Virus record (IMG/VR): IMGVR_UViG_3300044530_000636
Direction: 5' to 3' (one strand)
Source: an uncultured virus (IMG/VR IMGVR_UViG_3300044530_000636)
Lineage: Duplodnaviria > Heunggongvirae > Uroviricota > Caudoviricetes
DNA: 64,000 nt
Numbering within the stretch: the first letter of the stretch is position 1; every line of letters starts with the position of its first letter. The notes under the pieces were generated by a model. That model worked only from the letters and a program-made list of their open reading frames with translations, searched no databases and was not told the origin of the DNA. Made by a program: the position numbers and the translations under genes. Below, piece after piece: positions 37,388 through 47,826 of the stretch.

Positions 37388-39481
37388 TTAGAAGTGCATA
37401 TTCTGTTTTATCTTTTTAGTCTCTTCCCAATTCCAACCACCAATTAATGCAGCCCAATCAGGCCATCCAGTGTCAGCAGCATTATTGTAATCGAAACTAG
37501 AAGGTGTACCACTAGAATTTTGGTTTGATATAATATCAGTAGTTTGTTTTTTGGTTTGTTCTGCGAACGCAACCATTTTTTGTTTTTGTTCGTAATCTTC
37601 TATTTCATCATTAATTCTTGATTGTTCAATAGTCTGAGATGGTGTTACTGCTGGGGTTGGTACCATACTGGCAGTAGGAGATGGCGCTGGCGGAACAGCT
37701 TGAGATTTTAAGTTCTCAATAAAACTTTGCATGTTTACTGGCGCACCCATCATTCCATGTGCAGGTATACCCATTTGTAAACTCTCAAGACTTGGACCAA
37801 CAGGCGCTGAAGATTCTTCAGCCCCGATTCCTGTAACACCACCACCAAGTTTATTGATGTTTTCTTGAATAGCAGCGAGTCTCTGATCATACGATCCACC
37901 GCCCATTCCTGGAGTCACAGCAGATCCGCCACTATATGGAGTTGCACCAGAAGTTCCTTTTTCGGATTCTGGGCTTGTAGCAGAACCAAGATTAAGACCA
38001 CTTAACCATCCTGCTCCACCCCATGTTGCTGGTTTTCCAAACCCAACATGAATCTTTGAAGCTCCCATATAACCTTCGCCAGCGCCAATACCAGTAGCAC
38101 CAGCAGCTGCAGCGGCTTCAACGAATTTTCTTTTTACTTTTACATCTTCAGGATTATGATCCGTTAGGACTCTTCCGTTTTGCATAAGATCTAGATCAGC
38201 TGCACCAACGCCAATATCGTGTCTGGTAGAGCCTGTTCTTGGACCTTGTGGGTAGTTTGGTTGAGCTCCAGAAGTAATATCAACGGCAACACCAGCTTCA
38301 GACGCTGCTTTTTGCAACACACCCAATAACCTATCGTTAATTGGCATATTACGAGTGCCCGATTGCGATTGTGTTACTTTGCCTGCGTCTGCGGATCTTT
38401 CTTTAGTTTTACCAGAAATAATACCTTCATGACCGCTATGACCATTATGTTCTTTTGTGCTCTCGGCTTGTTCTGCAGAACCAGGAGTTATTGGTTCTGG
38501 TTTTGACGCTGGAGTTGCATCAGCTTTTGGTGTTGATCCAGATCCACCGCTTACTGGCGTTACATCGCCTTTTTGGTCCGATAAAGAAACAGCGTTTGCT
38601 ATTCTTTTGGCTCTATGTTCGCCGCTTGATCTCTCATAAAATTCATCTACTGCGCTTGCGGCAGAAGATGCATCCGTTTTGGATTTTAATATATCACCAG
38701 CTTTACTCTCGCTGTTTTTAAGTTCCCAGTCGACGAATGCTAATTGTTCTTTGAAAGAAGATCCAGCTATAGGTTTACCCATTACTTGTTGGAATCTTGC
38801 TTGTCTGTCTGGATGCCATTGAGCTATACCAACAGCTTGTCCGCCGTCGCCTTTTCTTCTTCCACTTATTACATCAGATGAAAAATTGTCAGACTCTACT
38901 TGCAAGTTTCCAACTATACCAGCAGATTGTTCTTTTGACCAACCTTTTGATTGGAAGAAACTCATAGCTTCACTGGAACTACCGTTATGGTCCATTGGAT
39001 TGGCTTTGCCGCCAAAAATATCAGTTCCAAAACTACCAGCCATTCCACCAGCGAGACCCAGCATGGCTGGAGCGGCAGAAGCAGCAGCCCCAAGAATTAC
39101 GTTCTGAAGCCCTTTGAAACCAGAACCCAGTCTTTCTAATAGGCTTTTATTATTGTCACCAAGGTTATTATTCATAACCTTGATGTTGCTGTTCATTGTT
39201 CTTAATTCTGCATAAGTGTTCGAAAGGAGCCCAAGAGAATCCTGTAACAGACTATTTGTTGAGTCTACCTTTGCAGCAACTTTATTAGAAGATTGTTCTA
39301 CAGATTCGGAAACTTCTGTTAAACCGTTATTTTGGACTTCGAAATGTTTTCCGATGTCTTTCAAAATAACAGAAAACATTTTTTGGTTATCGCTGGCAGT
39401 TTTTCTTATATTACCAACAACGCCGCCCATTTCGGACGAAATGTTTCTTGTTATTTCTTTAAGTTCTGGTGCTAATGCCAT
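37388..39481 (-). CDS. Tape-measure/hub-like protein with phage tail lysozyme and M15-like peptidase domains
   Basis: Coiled N-terminus; AGIVGNLQVES..GIAQW; RH..G..AAD..IHV; downstream of 26/51. Confidence 0.65.
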   Translation of the reverse strand: MALAPELKEITRNISSEMGGVVGNIRKTASDNQKMFSVILKDIGKHFEVQNNGLTEVSESVEQSSNKVAAKVDSTNSLLQDSLGLLSNTYAELRTMNSNIKVMNNNLGDNNKSLLERLGSGFKGLQNVILGAAASAAPAMLGLAGGMAGSFGTDIFGGKANPMDHNGSSSEAMSFFQSKGWSKEQSAGIVGNLQVESDNFSSDVISGRRKGDGGQAVGIAQWHPDRQARFQQVMGKPIAGSSFKEQLAFVDWELKNSESKAGDILKSKTDASSAASAVDEFYERSSGEHRAKRIANAVSLSDQKGDVTPVSGGSGSTPKADATPASKPEPITPGSAEQAESTKEHNGHSGHEGIISGKTKERSADAGKVTQSQSGTRNMPINDRLLGVLQKAASEAGVAVDITSGAQPNYPQGPRTGSTRHDIGVGAADLDLMQNGRVLTDHNPEDVKVKRKFVEAAAAAGATGIGAGEGYMGASKIHVGFGKPATWGGAGWLSGLNLGSATSPESEKGTSGATPYSGGSAVTPGMGGGSYDQRLAAIQENINKLGGGVTGIGAEESSAPVGPSLESLQMGIPAHGMMGAPVNMQSFIENLKSQAVPPAPSPTASMVPTPAVTPSQTIEQSRINDEIEDYEQKQKMVAFAEQTKKQTTDIISNQNSSGTPSSFDYNNAADTGWPDWAALIGGWNWEETKKIKQNMHF

Positions 39482-39661
39482 TTACTTGCTTCTCTGTTTA
39501 GCGTCCTCTAATTCCTTCAAATACTCCATCAACAATTCAACATAGATATCTCTCTCAAACGGAATTAAATTTTCTAATTCTGTAATAGAATATTTATGGT
39601 GCTGAGCTAACGAAAATATTGTTTTATAGTAATTCGCTAAAGAGTTATGACTCAGCGCCAC
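39482..39661 (-). CDS. gp51: Baseplate hub assembly gp51 C-terminal module (not in ORF track; probably reached by frameshift)
   Basis: SLANYYKTIFSLAQHHKYSITELENLIPFERDIYVELL; only a GTG start with no SD. Confidence 0.8.
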   Translation of the reverse strand: MALSHNSLANYYKTIFSLAQHHKYSITELENLIPFERDIYVELLMEYLKELEDAKQRSK

Positions 39662-40365
39662 GTAAAAAAATCGTTTAACGACGACAGAACGATTTCTCGA
39701 TCGTGCTCCAACGAATTCTTATAATTGATTACATATTTCATCTTAGGAACATTAACTAGAAAGTCCTGGATTTTCTGGAATGTCTTGATATCCAAATTTT
39801 CTAGGAATTCTTCTAGGTCAGCCTTTTTATATTCTTTCGCTGCATAAACTTGATCTTCGTAGTAAATATTTTCGATACAACGAATGATTAATTGAAACAG
39901 ATAATCTTTATCCAGACTCAAAAACTCTTTATCTTCGTAAAGGGCTGCTGATGGGTATTTCAGAGATATCCCAGATTTATTAGTGATCTTGATATTGTTA
40001 TCCATTTTCTCTGGAAACTCTACCTTCACATCGTCTAGGTTGATTTCGAATTCATAAACCGTTTCATCTTCATTATCTTTGTATGATGCTTTGATTATGT
40101 TGTCAACCGAAACAGCTCTTAGCTTAAGAAAGATATACTCTAAATCAAACACAGCCAACTTGCTGATATCTAACTTTGGATCAAGCGAACAATTGTTAAC
40201 GATTTGTTTGATGGCGGCTAAAACATCAACATCGCTGCCGCCTTCTTTTGCCATAAGCAACAGTTTTTCTTCTTTTACAAGAAATGGTCTAAACTTATAA
40301 TTTTTCTTCAAAGAAGGTATTTCAATATTGTGAATAGGGTGGTCAAGTTTTGGCAAAGTTGACAT
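39652..40365 (-). CDS. gp26: Baseplate hub assembly protein
   Basis: LPK, FRPFLVKEEKLLL, FDLEYIFLKLRA.S, ends DFF. Confidence 0.9.
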   Translation of the reverse strand: MSTLPKLDHPIHNIEIPSLKKNYKFRPFLVKEEKLLLMAKEGGSDVDVLAAIKQIVNNCSLDPKLDISKLAVFDLEYIFLKLRAVSVDNIIKASYKDNEDETVYEFEINLDDVKVEFPEKMDNNIKITNKSGISLKYPSAALYEDKEFLSLDKDYLFQLIIRCIENIYYEDQVYAAKEYKKADLEEFLENLDIKTFQKIQDFLVNVPKMKYVINYKNSLEHDREIVLSSLNDFFTWR

Positions 40366-40382
40366 ATTATATCTCCATTATT

Positions 40383-41075
40383 TTAATTTACGCCAGGTCT
40401 AATCGTAGTTGTATTTCTGATCGATCTGAAAGGTCTTTGTGGTTGTGGTGCTGGTTGTGGTTGGACAGAACTTCCAACCAATGCATAGCTAGTATAAGAA
40501 ATTGACAAATTCAATCTCATTAAACTACCATCGCCCCAGGAAAGAGGCATTTCTCTCATTGCTACAGGAAATGCTTCATAGAGGTTTATTTTCTGAATAG
40601 AATTACCAAAATGATCGTAGACTATAATTTGCATTACAGTTGAGTAATTATCTTTATACTCAGCTTGATAATTCGGAAAAGAATTACTTGTTGGTCCATT
40701 AGCGGATTCTAGACCGTTAAACCCAAATATTAGGTTCAACCAGTTATACCAATACTGCCATATTTCGCCATAATGATCCATCAATAACGTCATGTTTATG
40801 TCTTGAAATTGAGCGTTAATAGGCATATTTTGTACTGAGCCGATACCATATCTTTGTATTTGCGATGTCATTAAATTAATACCAGGAGCTCTGACCTGTT
40901 CAACTCTCAACTTTAAATTCTTGGCGATTCTTTGAATATCGCTATCAGTACCCTGATTGTTTAGAACTTTATTCTGAAGAATATTTGGAGTTTTGATTAT
41001 TACATCAAAACTGTTGTTATCCAAATAACCGTAGGAATTAAGGTTTTCTTTGAAGCCTTGTATATTAAATGGCAT
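40383..41075 (-). CDS. Tail-tube-fold protein (gp54/gp19-like)
   Basis: PG, W...I, L.EAFP......LSW; synteny. Confidence 0.6.
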   Translation of the reverse strand: MPFNIQGFKENLNSYGYLDNNSFDVIIKTPNILQNKVLNNQGTDSDIQRIAKNLKLRVEQVRAPGINLMTSQIQRYGIGSVQNMPINAQFQDINMTLLMDHYGEIWQYWYNWLNLIFGFNGLESANGPTSNSFPNYQAEYKDNYSTVMQIIVYDHFGNSIQKINLYEAFPVAMREMPLSWGDGSLMRLNLSISYTSYALVGSSVQPQPAPQPQRPFRSIRNTTTIRPGVN

Positions 41076-41083
41076 TTCTGATC

Positions 41084-41647
41084 CTAATATGGAGGCGAAC
41101 CTGCATATCGCCTATTTGGGTTAACATTCCATTTTTGTAGAGGCAATAATGCAGCCTTTTCCCAATCTTGCGGATCAACCTGATAAAAAGAACTTCTTAC
41201 ATGATTGAAGAGATATCTCTTTATGCAGTTCTCAACGCCTCTTAATTGGTTAGAATAGTATTTTAGTAAACTATACGTAAGAACCAATTTTTTATTTTGT
41301 ATATATTTATCGTTATCATTAATATCGACTAATCCCTTCATCATATTAACTCTGGCCAAAGGAGGCAGATAATGAAGGTTGATTCCTAGAAAACCGTCAT
41401 GATACATCTCAACAGGAAATACTAAAGGATGAGCGTCATAAAAAGGGAGAGTGTTTTTATATTTGGGATCATACAGAAATAACATCAGAGCGCCAATTTG
41501 AGGGCTGCTGCTTTTCTCGAATATCTTGTTAGGGTCTCTTTTACCCATATTCGATACAGTGTCTTGATACCACTGAGAAGAATCTTTGGACTTATTCGAT
41601 AAGTCCATAGCGGTAGATCTCAGAAGTTTACTAAATCTGTTTGACAT
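41084..41647 (-). CDS. gp2: DNA end protector
   Basis: YDPK.K.TLPFYD..PL, GFLGINLHYLP, C.KRYL..H. Confidence 0.9.
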   Translation of the reverse strand: MSNRFSKLLRSTAMDLSNKSKDSSQWYQDTVSNMGKRDPNKIFEKSSSPQIGALMLFLYDPKYKNTLPFYDAHPLVFPVEMYHDGFLGINLHYLPPLARVNMMKGLVDINDNDKYIQNKKLVLTYSLLKYYSNQLRGVENCIKRYLFNHVRSSFYQVDPQDWEKAALLPLQKWNVNPNRRYAGSPPY

Positions 41648-42093
41648 TAAAATTTGATTCCTAGTTCTTTTTCGGTCATAATAATAAACTCGTAACCCCT
41701 GTCTTTACAGTATTCACGAGCAGCTTTCCATTTAGCAGAGTTCACACCCCAACGCATTACCTCATTTATATATCGTTTTGTTTTGCGCCCTTCCATGAGC
41801 GGAGGTGGTCTGCACTGAGCAGCTGGTTTCACTTCAATCAAAACAGTTCTCGTTCCGCCGTTCGGTGTTTTTAACCTAGCGGTGAAATCAACATAATAAC
41901 GATGAATTCTATTATCCAGAGGCGAACGATATGGGACTATCGTTTCTTCGCTTTGCCACCATATAACGTTGGGATCCTTATCCAACCGAGCCATGAGAAC
42001 GGATTCCCATCTAGATCTATAGATTATGTTTGTTGGATCGCCCTTGTATTTGTTCGGGTTTCTTGGATTAAAATAACCTTTGTGAGTAGCCAT
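41647..42093 (-). CDS. gp4: Head completion nuclease
   Basis: KYKGDPTNIIYRS.WE, HRYYVDF, IEVKP, AKW.AA. Confidence 0.92.
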   Translation of the reverse strand: MATHKGYFNPRNPNKYKGDPTNIIYRSRWESVLMARLDKDPNVIWWQSEETIVPYRSPLDNRIHRYYVDFTARLKTPNGGTRTVLIEVKPAAQCRPPPLMEGRKTKRYINEVMRWGVNSAKWKAAREYCKDRGYEFIIMTEKELGIKF

Positions 42094-42105
42094 TCTCAGA
42101 TTTCT

Positions 42106-42133
42106 AATAAATAAAGATAAAACCTTATTTATT
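42106..42133. promoter_or_regulatory. Late promoters on both strands serving the divergent gp4 and gp48 genes
   Basis: AATAAATA on + (42106-42113) and on - (42126-42133). Confidence 0.65.
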
Positions 42134-42146
42134 AAAAAGGGTAAAG

Positions 42147-42845
42147 ATGGCCAACTTTAATTTTCCAACTCAACCTCAGAAACAAAATAATGGAGGTAAT
42201 GTTTTTCCTTCAGATTTGCTTCAAGGCGATAGACAATATTACACTAGTATTTCGTTCTCTGATTATTCTGCCAATCCAGGAGCTCTTTTGGGGGGAGGTT
42301 CAGGATATAATTTCAGTTTTGGTGGTCAATTTAAACTACCTTTACCAAAAAGAATAGTTGATAACAATTCTCAAATATGGAGCGAATATGACGCTTCGAC
42401 GATGGGTAGTTCTTTGCTTCAGATGGCTCAAATTGGCGGCGCTGCTGGTGGCGGAACATCTTATCTTAGTCCATTAGTGTTCATGACTTATAAAAGACCA
42501 ACTTATAAAGAACACGAGTTACAATGGACTCTTTCTGCTTCGAATAAAACTGAATCGAATAATTTGAAGAAAATGATTAAAGAGTTTAAGGCTAGTGCAG
42601 CGCCAAAATTAGCTCTCATGGGAGCTGCCTATAAATATCCTAAAATTTGTCAAGTTACATTTAACCCAAAAGATTATTTGTTCGCACTTAAACCTTGCGC
42701 CGTAATCACAGTTTCAGCAGATTATACAGCCGCTGGCGGACCATCATTTTATAAAAGCGGTGCACCCACAGTAGTAGGTCTTACACTAAGGCTGAGAGAG
42801 ATTCAGCTATGGACAGAAGATCAAATAAGAATGATGGATCCATAA
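42147..42845 (+). CDS. gp48: Baseplate tail tube cap
   Basis: FPSDL, LPLP, YP, C.I.....DY, F...GAP....L.L.E; synteny. Confidence 0.7.
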   Translation: MANFNFPTQPQKQNNGGNVFPSDLLQGDRQYYTSISFSDYSANPGALLGGGSGYNFSFGGQFKLPLPKRIVDNNSQIWSEYDASTMGSSLLQMAQIGGAAGGGTSYLSPLVFMTYKRPTYKEHELQWTLSASNKTESNNLKKMIKEFKASAAPKLALMGAAYKYPKICQVTFNPKDYLFALKPCAVITVSADYTAAGGPSFYKSGAPTVVGLTLRLREIQLWTEDQIRMMDP

Positions 42846-43823
42846 ATGCCAGAAAGATATTTCGAAAAATTTCCTGTAATAACTTACAGTAACAATCAAG
42901 TCGTTGATATCACCAAAAGAGTAACTCTATTGGATAGAGTATCTGAAAGCCCATACGTGTTTTATCCATACGATATTTCTAACGCTGAAAGGGCTGATCA
43001 TTTCTCACATCGATATTATGAGGACAGTTATAAAAGCTGGATTCTCTACATTTCCAATAAAATAATTGACCCTTATTACGAATGGTATCTAGACAACCAA
43101 CAATTTACAGATTTCATAACAAAGAAATATGGATCTATCCCAGACGCCCAACAAAAAATAAAATATTATAGAAATAATTGGGAGTCTGATAAAGGTAATA
43201 ATATTGGTACAGCTGAATATAACTCACTAACTGTTGCGCAACAATATTACTGGGAACCAATTTACAAAAACGGCGTTGTATATTCTTATAAAAGAAAAGA
43301 GTCAAATTGGAATAAAGATACGAATAAGATAGTTAGATATTCCGTATCTGCTAATGCATACCAGTTAAGCGCATTTGTCAATAACGAAATTGTTGAAGTT
43401 GTTTTTGATAATTATAATACTGGTAACGGTCAATTTGTTATGTCGAACACAGTAAATGTATATGTCAATTCTTCGCTTTTGACTAACACTAACCTTAATT
43501 TCGTTTATTTGCAACACATGAGAGGGCAATACGAAACTAATAATACAGCTGGTATTGTGGTCACTGGTAATAGTTACATTTATGGAACAGAAAGCCAAAT
43601 AAACGTAGCTATAACTATTGTTGAGAACGAATCAACAAATGATTCTGTGATAGTTGTAGCAAATAACATTGCAGCCGATGAAGAAAGATATTGGGAAAGC
43701 GTTTCATATTACGATTATGAAGAAGAAAAGAACGAATACAACAAAACCATCAGAGTGATGGAAAAGAATCTTTCAGAAGTCGCTGTTGACAATTTAATTA
43801 ACTTGATGAAGGAACCTTTCTAA
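42846..43823 (+). CDS. gp53: Baseplate wedge subunit
   Basis: YFEKFP.I.Y, ERAD...YY, N.IIDPY.EW, KKYGS, YDYE...NE.K. Confidence 0.85.
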   Translation: MPERYFEKFPVITYSNNQVVDITKRVTLLDRVSESPYVFYPYDISNAERADHFSHRYYEDSYKSWILYISNKIIDPYYEWYLDNQQFTDFITKKYGSIPDAQQKIKYYRNNWESDKGNNIGTAEYNSLTVAQQYYWEPIYKNGVVYSYKRKESNWNKDTNKIVRYSVSANAYQLSAFVNNEIVEVVFDNYNTGNGQFVMSNTVNVYVNSSLLTNTNLNFVYLQHMRGQYETNNTAGIVVTGNSYIYGTESQINVAITIVENESTNDSVIVVANNIAADEERYWESVSYYDYEEEKNEYNKTIRVMEKNLSEVAVDNLINLMKEPF

Positions 43824-43824
43824 T

Positions 43825-45072
43825 ATGCCAGCTGGTGATATTAAAATATCTTCTCTAAAAATTGGAGATTTGGATTTAACAAATTTCAAACAAGCTAGTT
43901 ATGTTGGTTTGAATATCTATGAAGACATTCTAAATCCATATGGTCCAGTTGCAGAAGTTAGAGTCCTAGATCATAGTGACGCTCTTGGTAAAAATAATAT
44001 CCAAGGAGCGTATGATAAAGACATAGAGATAACATTGTCCGGAGCCGACAGTGGTTTCAGCGGCGGTCAAAAGAAATATAAGTTGAAAATGTATCAGAAT
44101 AAAAATCTGAACGATCAGTCGATTCATAATATTTCCAACCTAAAACACAAACAATATGATATCCGTGCAGTATGTCCTGAGCTATTAAACGCTCAAGGTA
44201 ATTATATGCAGAAAAGCTATAACGACACGACTGACAATATTGTAGAAGATGTTGTGAAAAAAGGTTTCAAGACCAAATTACAAATCGACAAAAAGAGTAA
44301 GACAGACGGTAAAAGAAGAGTTATTCTTAATAATAAACATCCTCTAGATGCATTAAAACACTTAAATCGTCTACACGTTTCCCAGGAAGATAAATCTTCT
44401 TGTTATGTTTTGTTTCAGGAAACAGGCGATCAGCAAAAGTATGTATTTTCTACTTTCGAAAAACTGTTCAAAGAACAACCAGTCGTTACATTAAAACAAA
44501 CAACAACACTCGACGCTTCTAATGCAAGCGATCAAGATAGACAAAACTCTATAATGTGGTTCAAGGCTTCTGATTCGTTTTTTACCCCGACTCGAGTGTT
44601 AACTAAATCAGCGCAGAAAACGTTTAATTTGACAACACATAAAGTTTCTTCGCCAGATCCAGATCAGCCTCAACAGTTTAAACTTCCTGGACAGCCAGAA
44701 TATACTGGTCAGGCTCAACACGCTGACGCTGTCCATCATTATACAACTTTTGACAAAGCGAACGACAAAGATAAACACAAAACAGCAGATGCCAGAGATA
44801 ATAGAGCAAATTTTCTTTCTTATTTGATGCAAAATTCTGCAGAGCTGGAAACCTATTTCAACCCAAAGATTAAATTGGGTTCTATGATTAAACTTGATAT
44901 TCCTGCGAGAACTGCTGATGGTTCAGGTAAAGAAAAACAATTCAACGGTCAGGTTTGTGTTGTTGCAATTAGAACAAAAATTAAACCGCTGGGACAAACC
45001 CCAAGAGCTACTATGATTCTTAGAGTTATTAAAGGTGGTGCATTTGATCAAAGTGGTGGAGGTCAACCGTGA
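43825..45072 (+). CDS. Baseplate hub (gp27-like)
   Basis: IYEDI, lies between 53 and 5; weak motif evidence. Confidence 0.55.
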   Translation: MPAGDIKISSLKIGDLDLTNFKQASYVGLNIYEDILNPYGPVAEVRVLDHSDALGKNNIQGAYDKDIEITLSGADSGFSGGQKKYKLKMYQNKNLNDQSIHNISNLKHKQYDIRAVCPELLNAQGNYMQKSYNDTTDNIVEDVVKKGFKTKLQIDKKSKTDGKRRVILNNKHPLDALKHLNRLHVSQEDKSSCYVLFQETGDQQKYVFSTFEKLFKEQPVVTLKQTTTLDASNASDQDRQNSIMWFKASDSFFTPTRVLTKSAQKTFNLTTHKVSSPDPDQPQQFKLPGQPEYTGQAQHADAVHHYTTFDKANDKDKHKTADARDNRANFLSYLMQNSAELETYFNPKIKLGSMIKLDIPARTADGSGKEKQFNGQVCVVAIRTKIKPLGQTPRATMILRVIKGGAFDQSGGGQP

Positions 45073-45365
45073 AATTAAGAACAGGTTATGTAGTTGAATA
45101 TAAGAAAGACCCAACAAAATCTGGTCGTGTAAAAATACGTTTACATGGTCATCAAGACGACACACAGAAAGTCAAGGACGAAGACCTTCCTTGGGCTATT
45201 CTTATGCAACCAGTAACTCATGCATCTACTCATAAAATTGGTCCAACACCGTTCGGGCTGAAGGTGGGTTCTAGAGTTATTGTTGGTTATATGGAACATG
45301 ACACCGAAGAATTGTATCCAATCGTATTAGGTTCGATTGCACGTGGAGAATTGGACGACGCATAA
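45069..45365 (+). CDS. gp5: gp5 N-terminal OB-fold as a stand-alone gene
   Basis: DP...GRVKIR..G.....LPWA...P...GSRV.V...P.VLGSI. Confidence 0.8.
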   Translation: MKLRTGYVVEYKKDPTKSGRVKIRLHGHQDDTQKVKDEDLPWAILMQPVTHASTHKIGPTPFGLKVGSRVIVGYMEHDTEELYPIVLGSIARGELDDA

Positions 45366-46981
45366 TGGCAAATAAGATTAAACAAAAAGACCAAAAGACT
45401 GGTGGTAAGATCGAACCTAAAAATGCAGGTCCAGATACTCCTGGTTTTTCTAGCACAGACGAAGAAAATTTCTTTGACAAAGATTTAACTATTTTCTTTA
45501 ATCAATTTCTTGGTCAGGAAAAACCAAAAACCGAAGATCCAAAATATCCAGAGTCTCCAGGAGTTGAAAAAAACAAAGCCAAAAAGCTCGAAGATGTAAG
45601 AAAGAAAGTTGCACCGAGTGGTGACAAACCAACAACGGCTGCTGCTAAAAAGGGAACTAAAGATCTACCAAAAGCTGTTAAAGAAGTAGACCCTCAAGGT
45701 CAAGCACAGCAAATACCTCAATTATACCAAAACATGTCTATGATTATGGGCATTATGAGTATGGGCGCTGGTCTTGGTGGTGGTTCTGGTGGTGGTAATA
45801 GCGGTTTCACAGTCACAGGAACACCATCAGGAATGAGTATCGTTCTTACTGATGGTTTCGTTGGGGCGCTCGCTATTCTTATCAAGAAATTTGGATTCGA
45901 ACGAGTAATTAAAATGTTCGTTCTTATTACTCTACCTAATGGCGGATTACAACAATTAGACAGCTGGTATCAACCAATCGTCATTAAAGCGATTTCTGCT
46001 CTGTTAAAAGTAGCAATTTATTATGGACCATTGAATATTCCAGTTTCTTCTTATGACGAAACGTATTATGGAGATATCGTTCCAACTAATCTAGTTACAC
46101 TAGAAGAAGTTCCAGACTTTTACCAGAAACAATATTATGGTTCTCCTGCTAACGAACCATATCCAGGCTACGATCAATGGATCGATCCCAACGACCTAAC
46201 AGCTACAATTTATTACGTTAGAAGAGAATTGGGAACTTATACGTTTGCTTCTGCACAAGAGGAAATTTACTCAAATGTTGAACGTGGTATTGCTGCTGAT
46301 CTTGACAAATATTTCTATGTTGATCCAACCCAATATACTATTAGTCAGGGAGCAGATCCATTATTCCCACGTTATTTGAACGATGTTCTTGATAAATGGA
46401 TTAAACAGATTGAAGTTCAACAAGGAAACTTAATTATTGGTAATAATGCTGGTGGCGGAGGCGGCGGAAACAACATGGCTGCTATGATGGGTATGTTAAT
46501 CGGTCTGTTGATGCAGCTTATTCAGATGTTCCAACAAGAACAAATCGGATCAAAAAACGGAACGGTTGCGGGAAGCACAGCCAGTGTTATGGAAGATTTC
46601 CAGAAACAAATGGGAATGAACAATCAAATTCTACAAGTCGGAATGCAAGCACTCGGCGGTGGTGGGCTCGGTGGCGCACTTGGCGGATTGGGTAGTCTTG
46701 CTCAAATCGGCGGTATGGGTGGTTTTGGAACACTCGGAGGAATTTTGGGCGGAGGTGATATTGGTGGAATGATGGGCAGTCTAATGGGTGGTTTTGGTGG
46801 CCTTGGAGGAGGCTCTGGTGGTGGTGGAGGAGGAGCAGGTTCTGGCTTCCCCGACGCAACTATTGGTGGATCTGGTGCATGGTCGGAACAAACCAACAGC
46901 GGTCTTTCTAACACTGAAATATCAGATATGCAAACATTACTAACACTACTAGGAATTGAAGAGACTACAAATGGCGCATAA
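45365..46981 (+). CDS. Gly/Met-rich virion-associated protein inside the gp5 locus
   Basis: Hydrophobic helices plus GxxG/GxxxG runs; TAATG coupling. Confidence 0.55.
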   Translation: MANKIKQKDQKTGGKIEPKNAGPDTPGFSSTDEENFFDKDLTIFFNQFLGQEKPKTEDPKYPESPGVEKNKAKKLEDVRKKVAPSGDKPTTAAAKKGTKDLPKAVKEVDPQGQAQQIPQLYQNMSMIMGIMSMGAGLGGGSGGGNSGFTVTGTPSGMSIVLTDGFVGALAILIKKFGFERVIKMFVLITLPNGGLQQLDSWYQPIVIKAISALLKVAIYYGPLNIPVSSYDETYYGDIVPTNLVTLEEVPDFYQKQYYGSPANEPYPGYDQWIDPNDLTATIYYVRRELGTYTFASAQEEIYSNVERGIAADLDKYFYVDPTQYTISQGADPLFPRYLNDVLDKWIKQIEVQQGNLIIGNNAGGGGGGNNMAAMMGMLIGLLMQLIQMFQQEQIGSKNGTVAGSTASVMEDFQKQMGMNNQILQVGMQALGGGGLGGALGGLGSLAQIGGMGGFGTLGGILGGGDIGGMMGSLMGGFGGLGGGSGGGGGGAGSGFPDATIGGSGAWSEQTNSGLSNTEISDMQTLLTLLGIEETTNGA

Positions 46982-47819
46982 GGATTATAACAAAAAAGCA
47001 CCAAAGTCTAAAGTCTGTAACCAGAAAACCAAACCAAAATACGGTTTCGTTCATGGTAATTGGGACGAATGTGGTGGTCATGATTGGGTATATGTAAACG
47101 CTGAAGAAGGAAAGAAAACTTTTCGTCAGAAATTAAACCCTTCTGGTGGTTATCAAGTAACTGAAGCAGATGATGATGTCAAAGAAGGTCATTTTGAAAT
47201 AACTCCAGGAAATAAACACTCATATGCTGGAGCAGGTCATTCTGTTCACGTCGACGGTCATTACGATTTTAATACAGAGTCAACTTTTAGATTAGAGTCT
47301 GGTGGTGATGGTTCTTTTGTAGCCAAAATGAACGGCATGTTCGGTATCGGTGGTAAGAAAATCGAGCTTGTGAAAGACGGCTCTGCAAAAATTATTGCTG
47401 GTGGATCTTCAGGTACAAACGATGTTGGCGTTAATGGCGATCATAGACAAACCTTCAAAAAGAACAAATATACTAAGGTCGAAGGCGATACAGTAGATGG
47501 TCATGAGGGCAAATATGTCCAAATGAACAACAAAGACACCGCATATTATTTCAATGAAAACTGGGACGCTTTTGCCAAGCAGAAAATCAAATTAGAGTCT
47601 AAACAAGCATTCAAGGCGTTTTCTCAGGACACCATGCTGTTCCAGTCCGATCAGGACATGACTGCTAATTCTGGGGCGAAAATAAGCACCAAATCTAAAA
47701 GCGATACAAAAATAGAGAGCGATACTAAAATCGAACTCAAAGTTGGTAGTTCTACAATTACTATCGAAAGTGGTTCAATTACTATCAAGTCTCCACAGAT
47801 AAAATTCGAGCAAGGATAA
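46971..47819 (+). CDS. gp5 C-terminal beta-helix spike-like protein
   Basis: SGGY, short beta repeats, LKVGSSTITI..G.ITIK; precedes PAAR. Confidence 0.7.
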   Translation: MAHKDYNKKAPKSKVCNQKTKPKYGFVHGNWDECGGHDWVYVNAEEGKKTFRQKLNPSGGYQVTEADDDVKEGHFEITPGNKHSYAGAGHSVHVDGHYDFNTESTFRLESGGDGSFVAKMNGMFGIGGKKIELVKDGSAKIIAGGSSGTNDVGVNGDHRQTFKKNKYTKVEGDTVDGHEGKYVQMNNKDTAYYFNENWDAFAKQKIKLESKQAFKAFSQDTMLFQSDQDMTANSGAKISTKSKSDTKIESDTKIELKVGSSTITIESGSITIKSPQIKFEQG

Positions 47820-47826
47820 TAAATAT

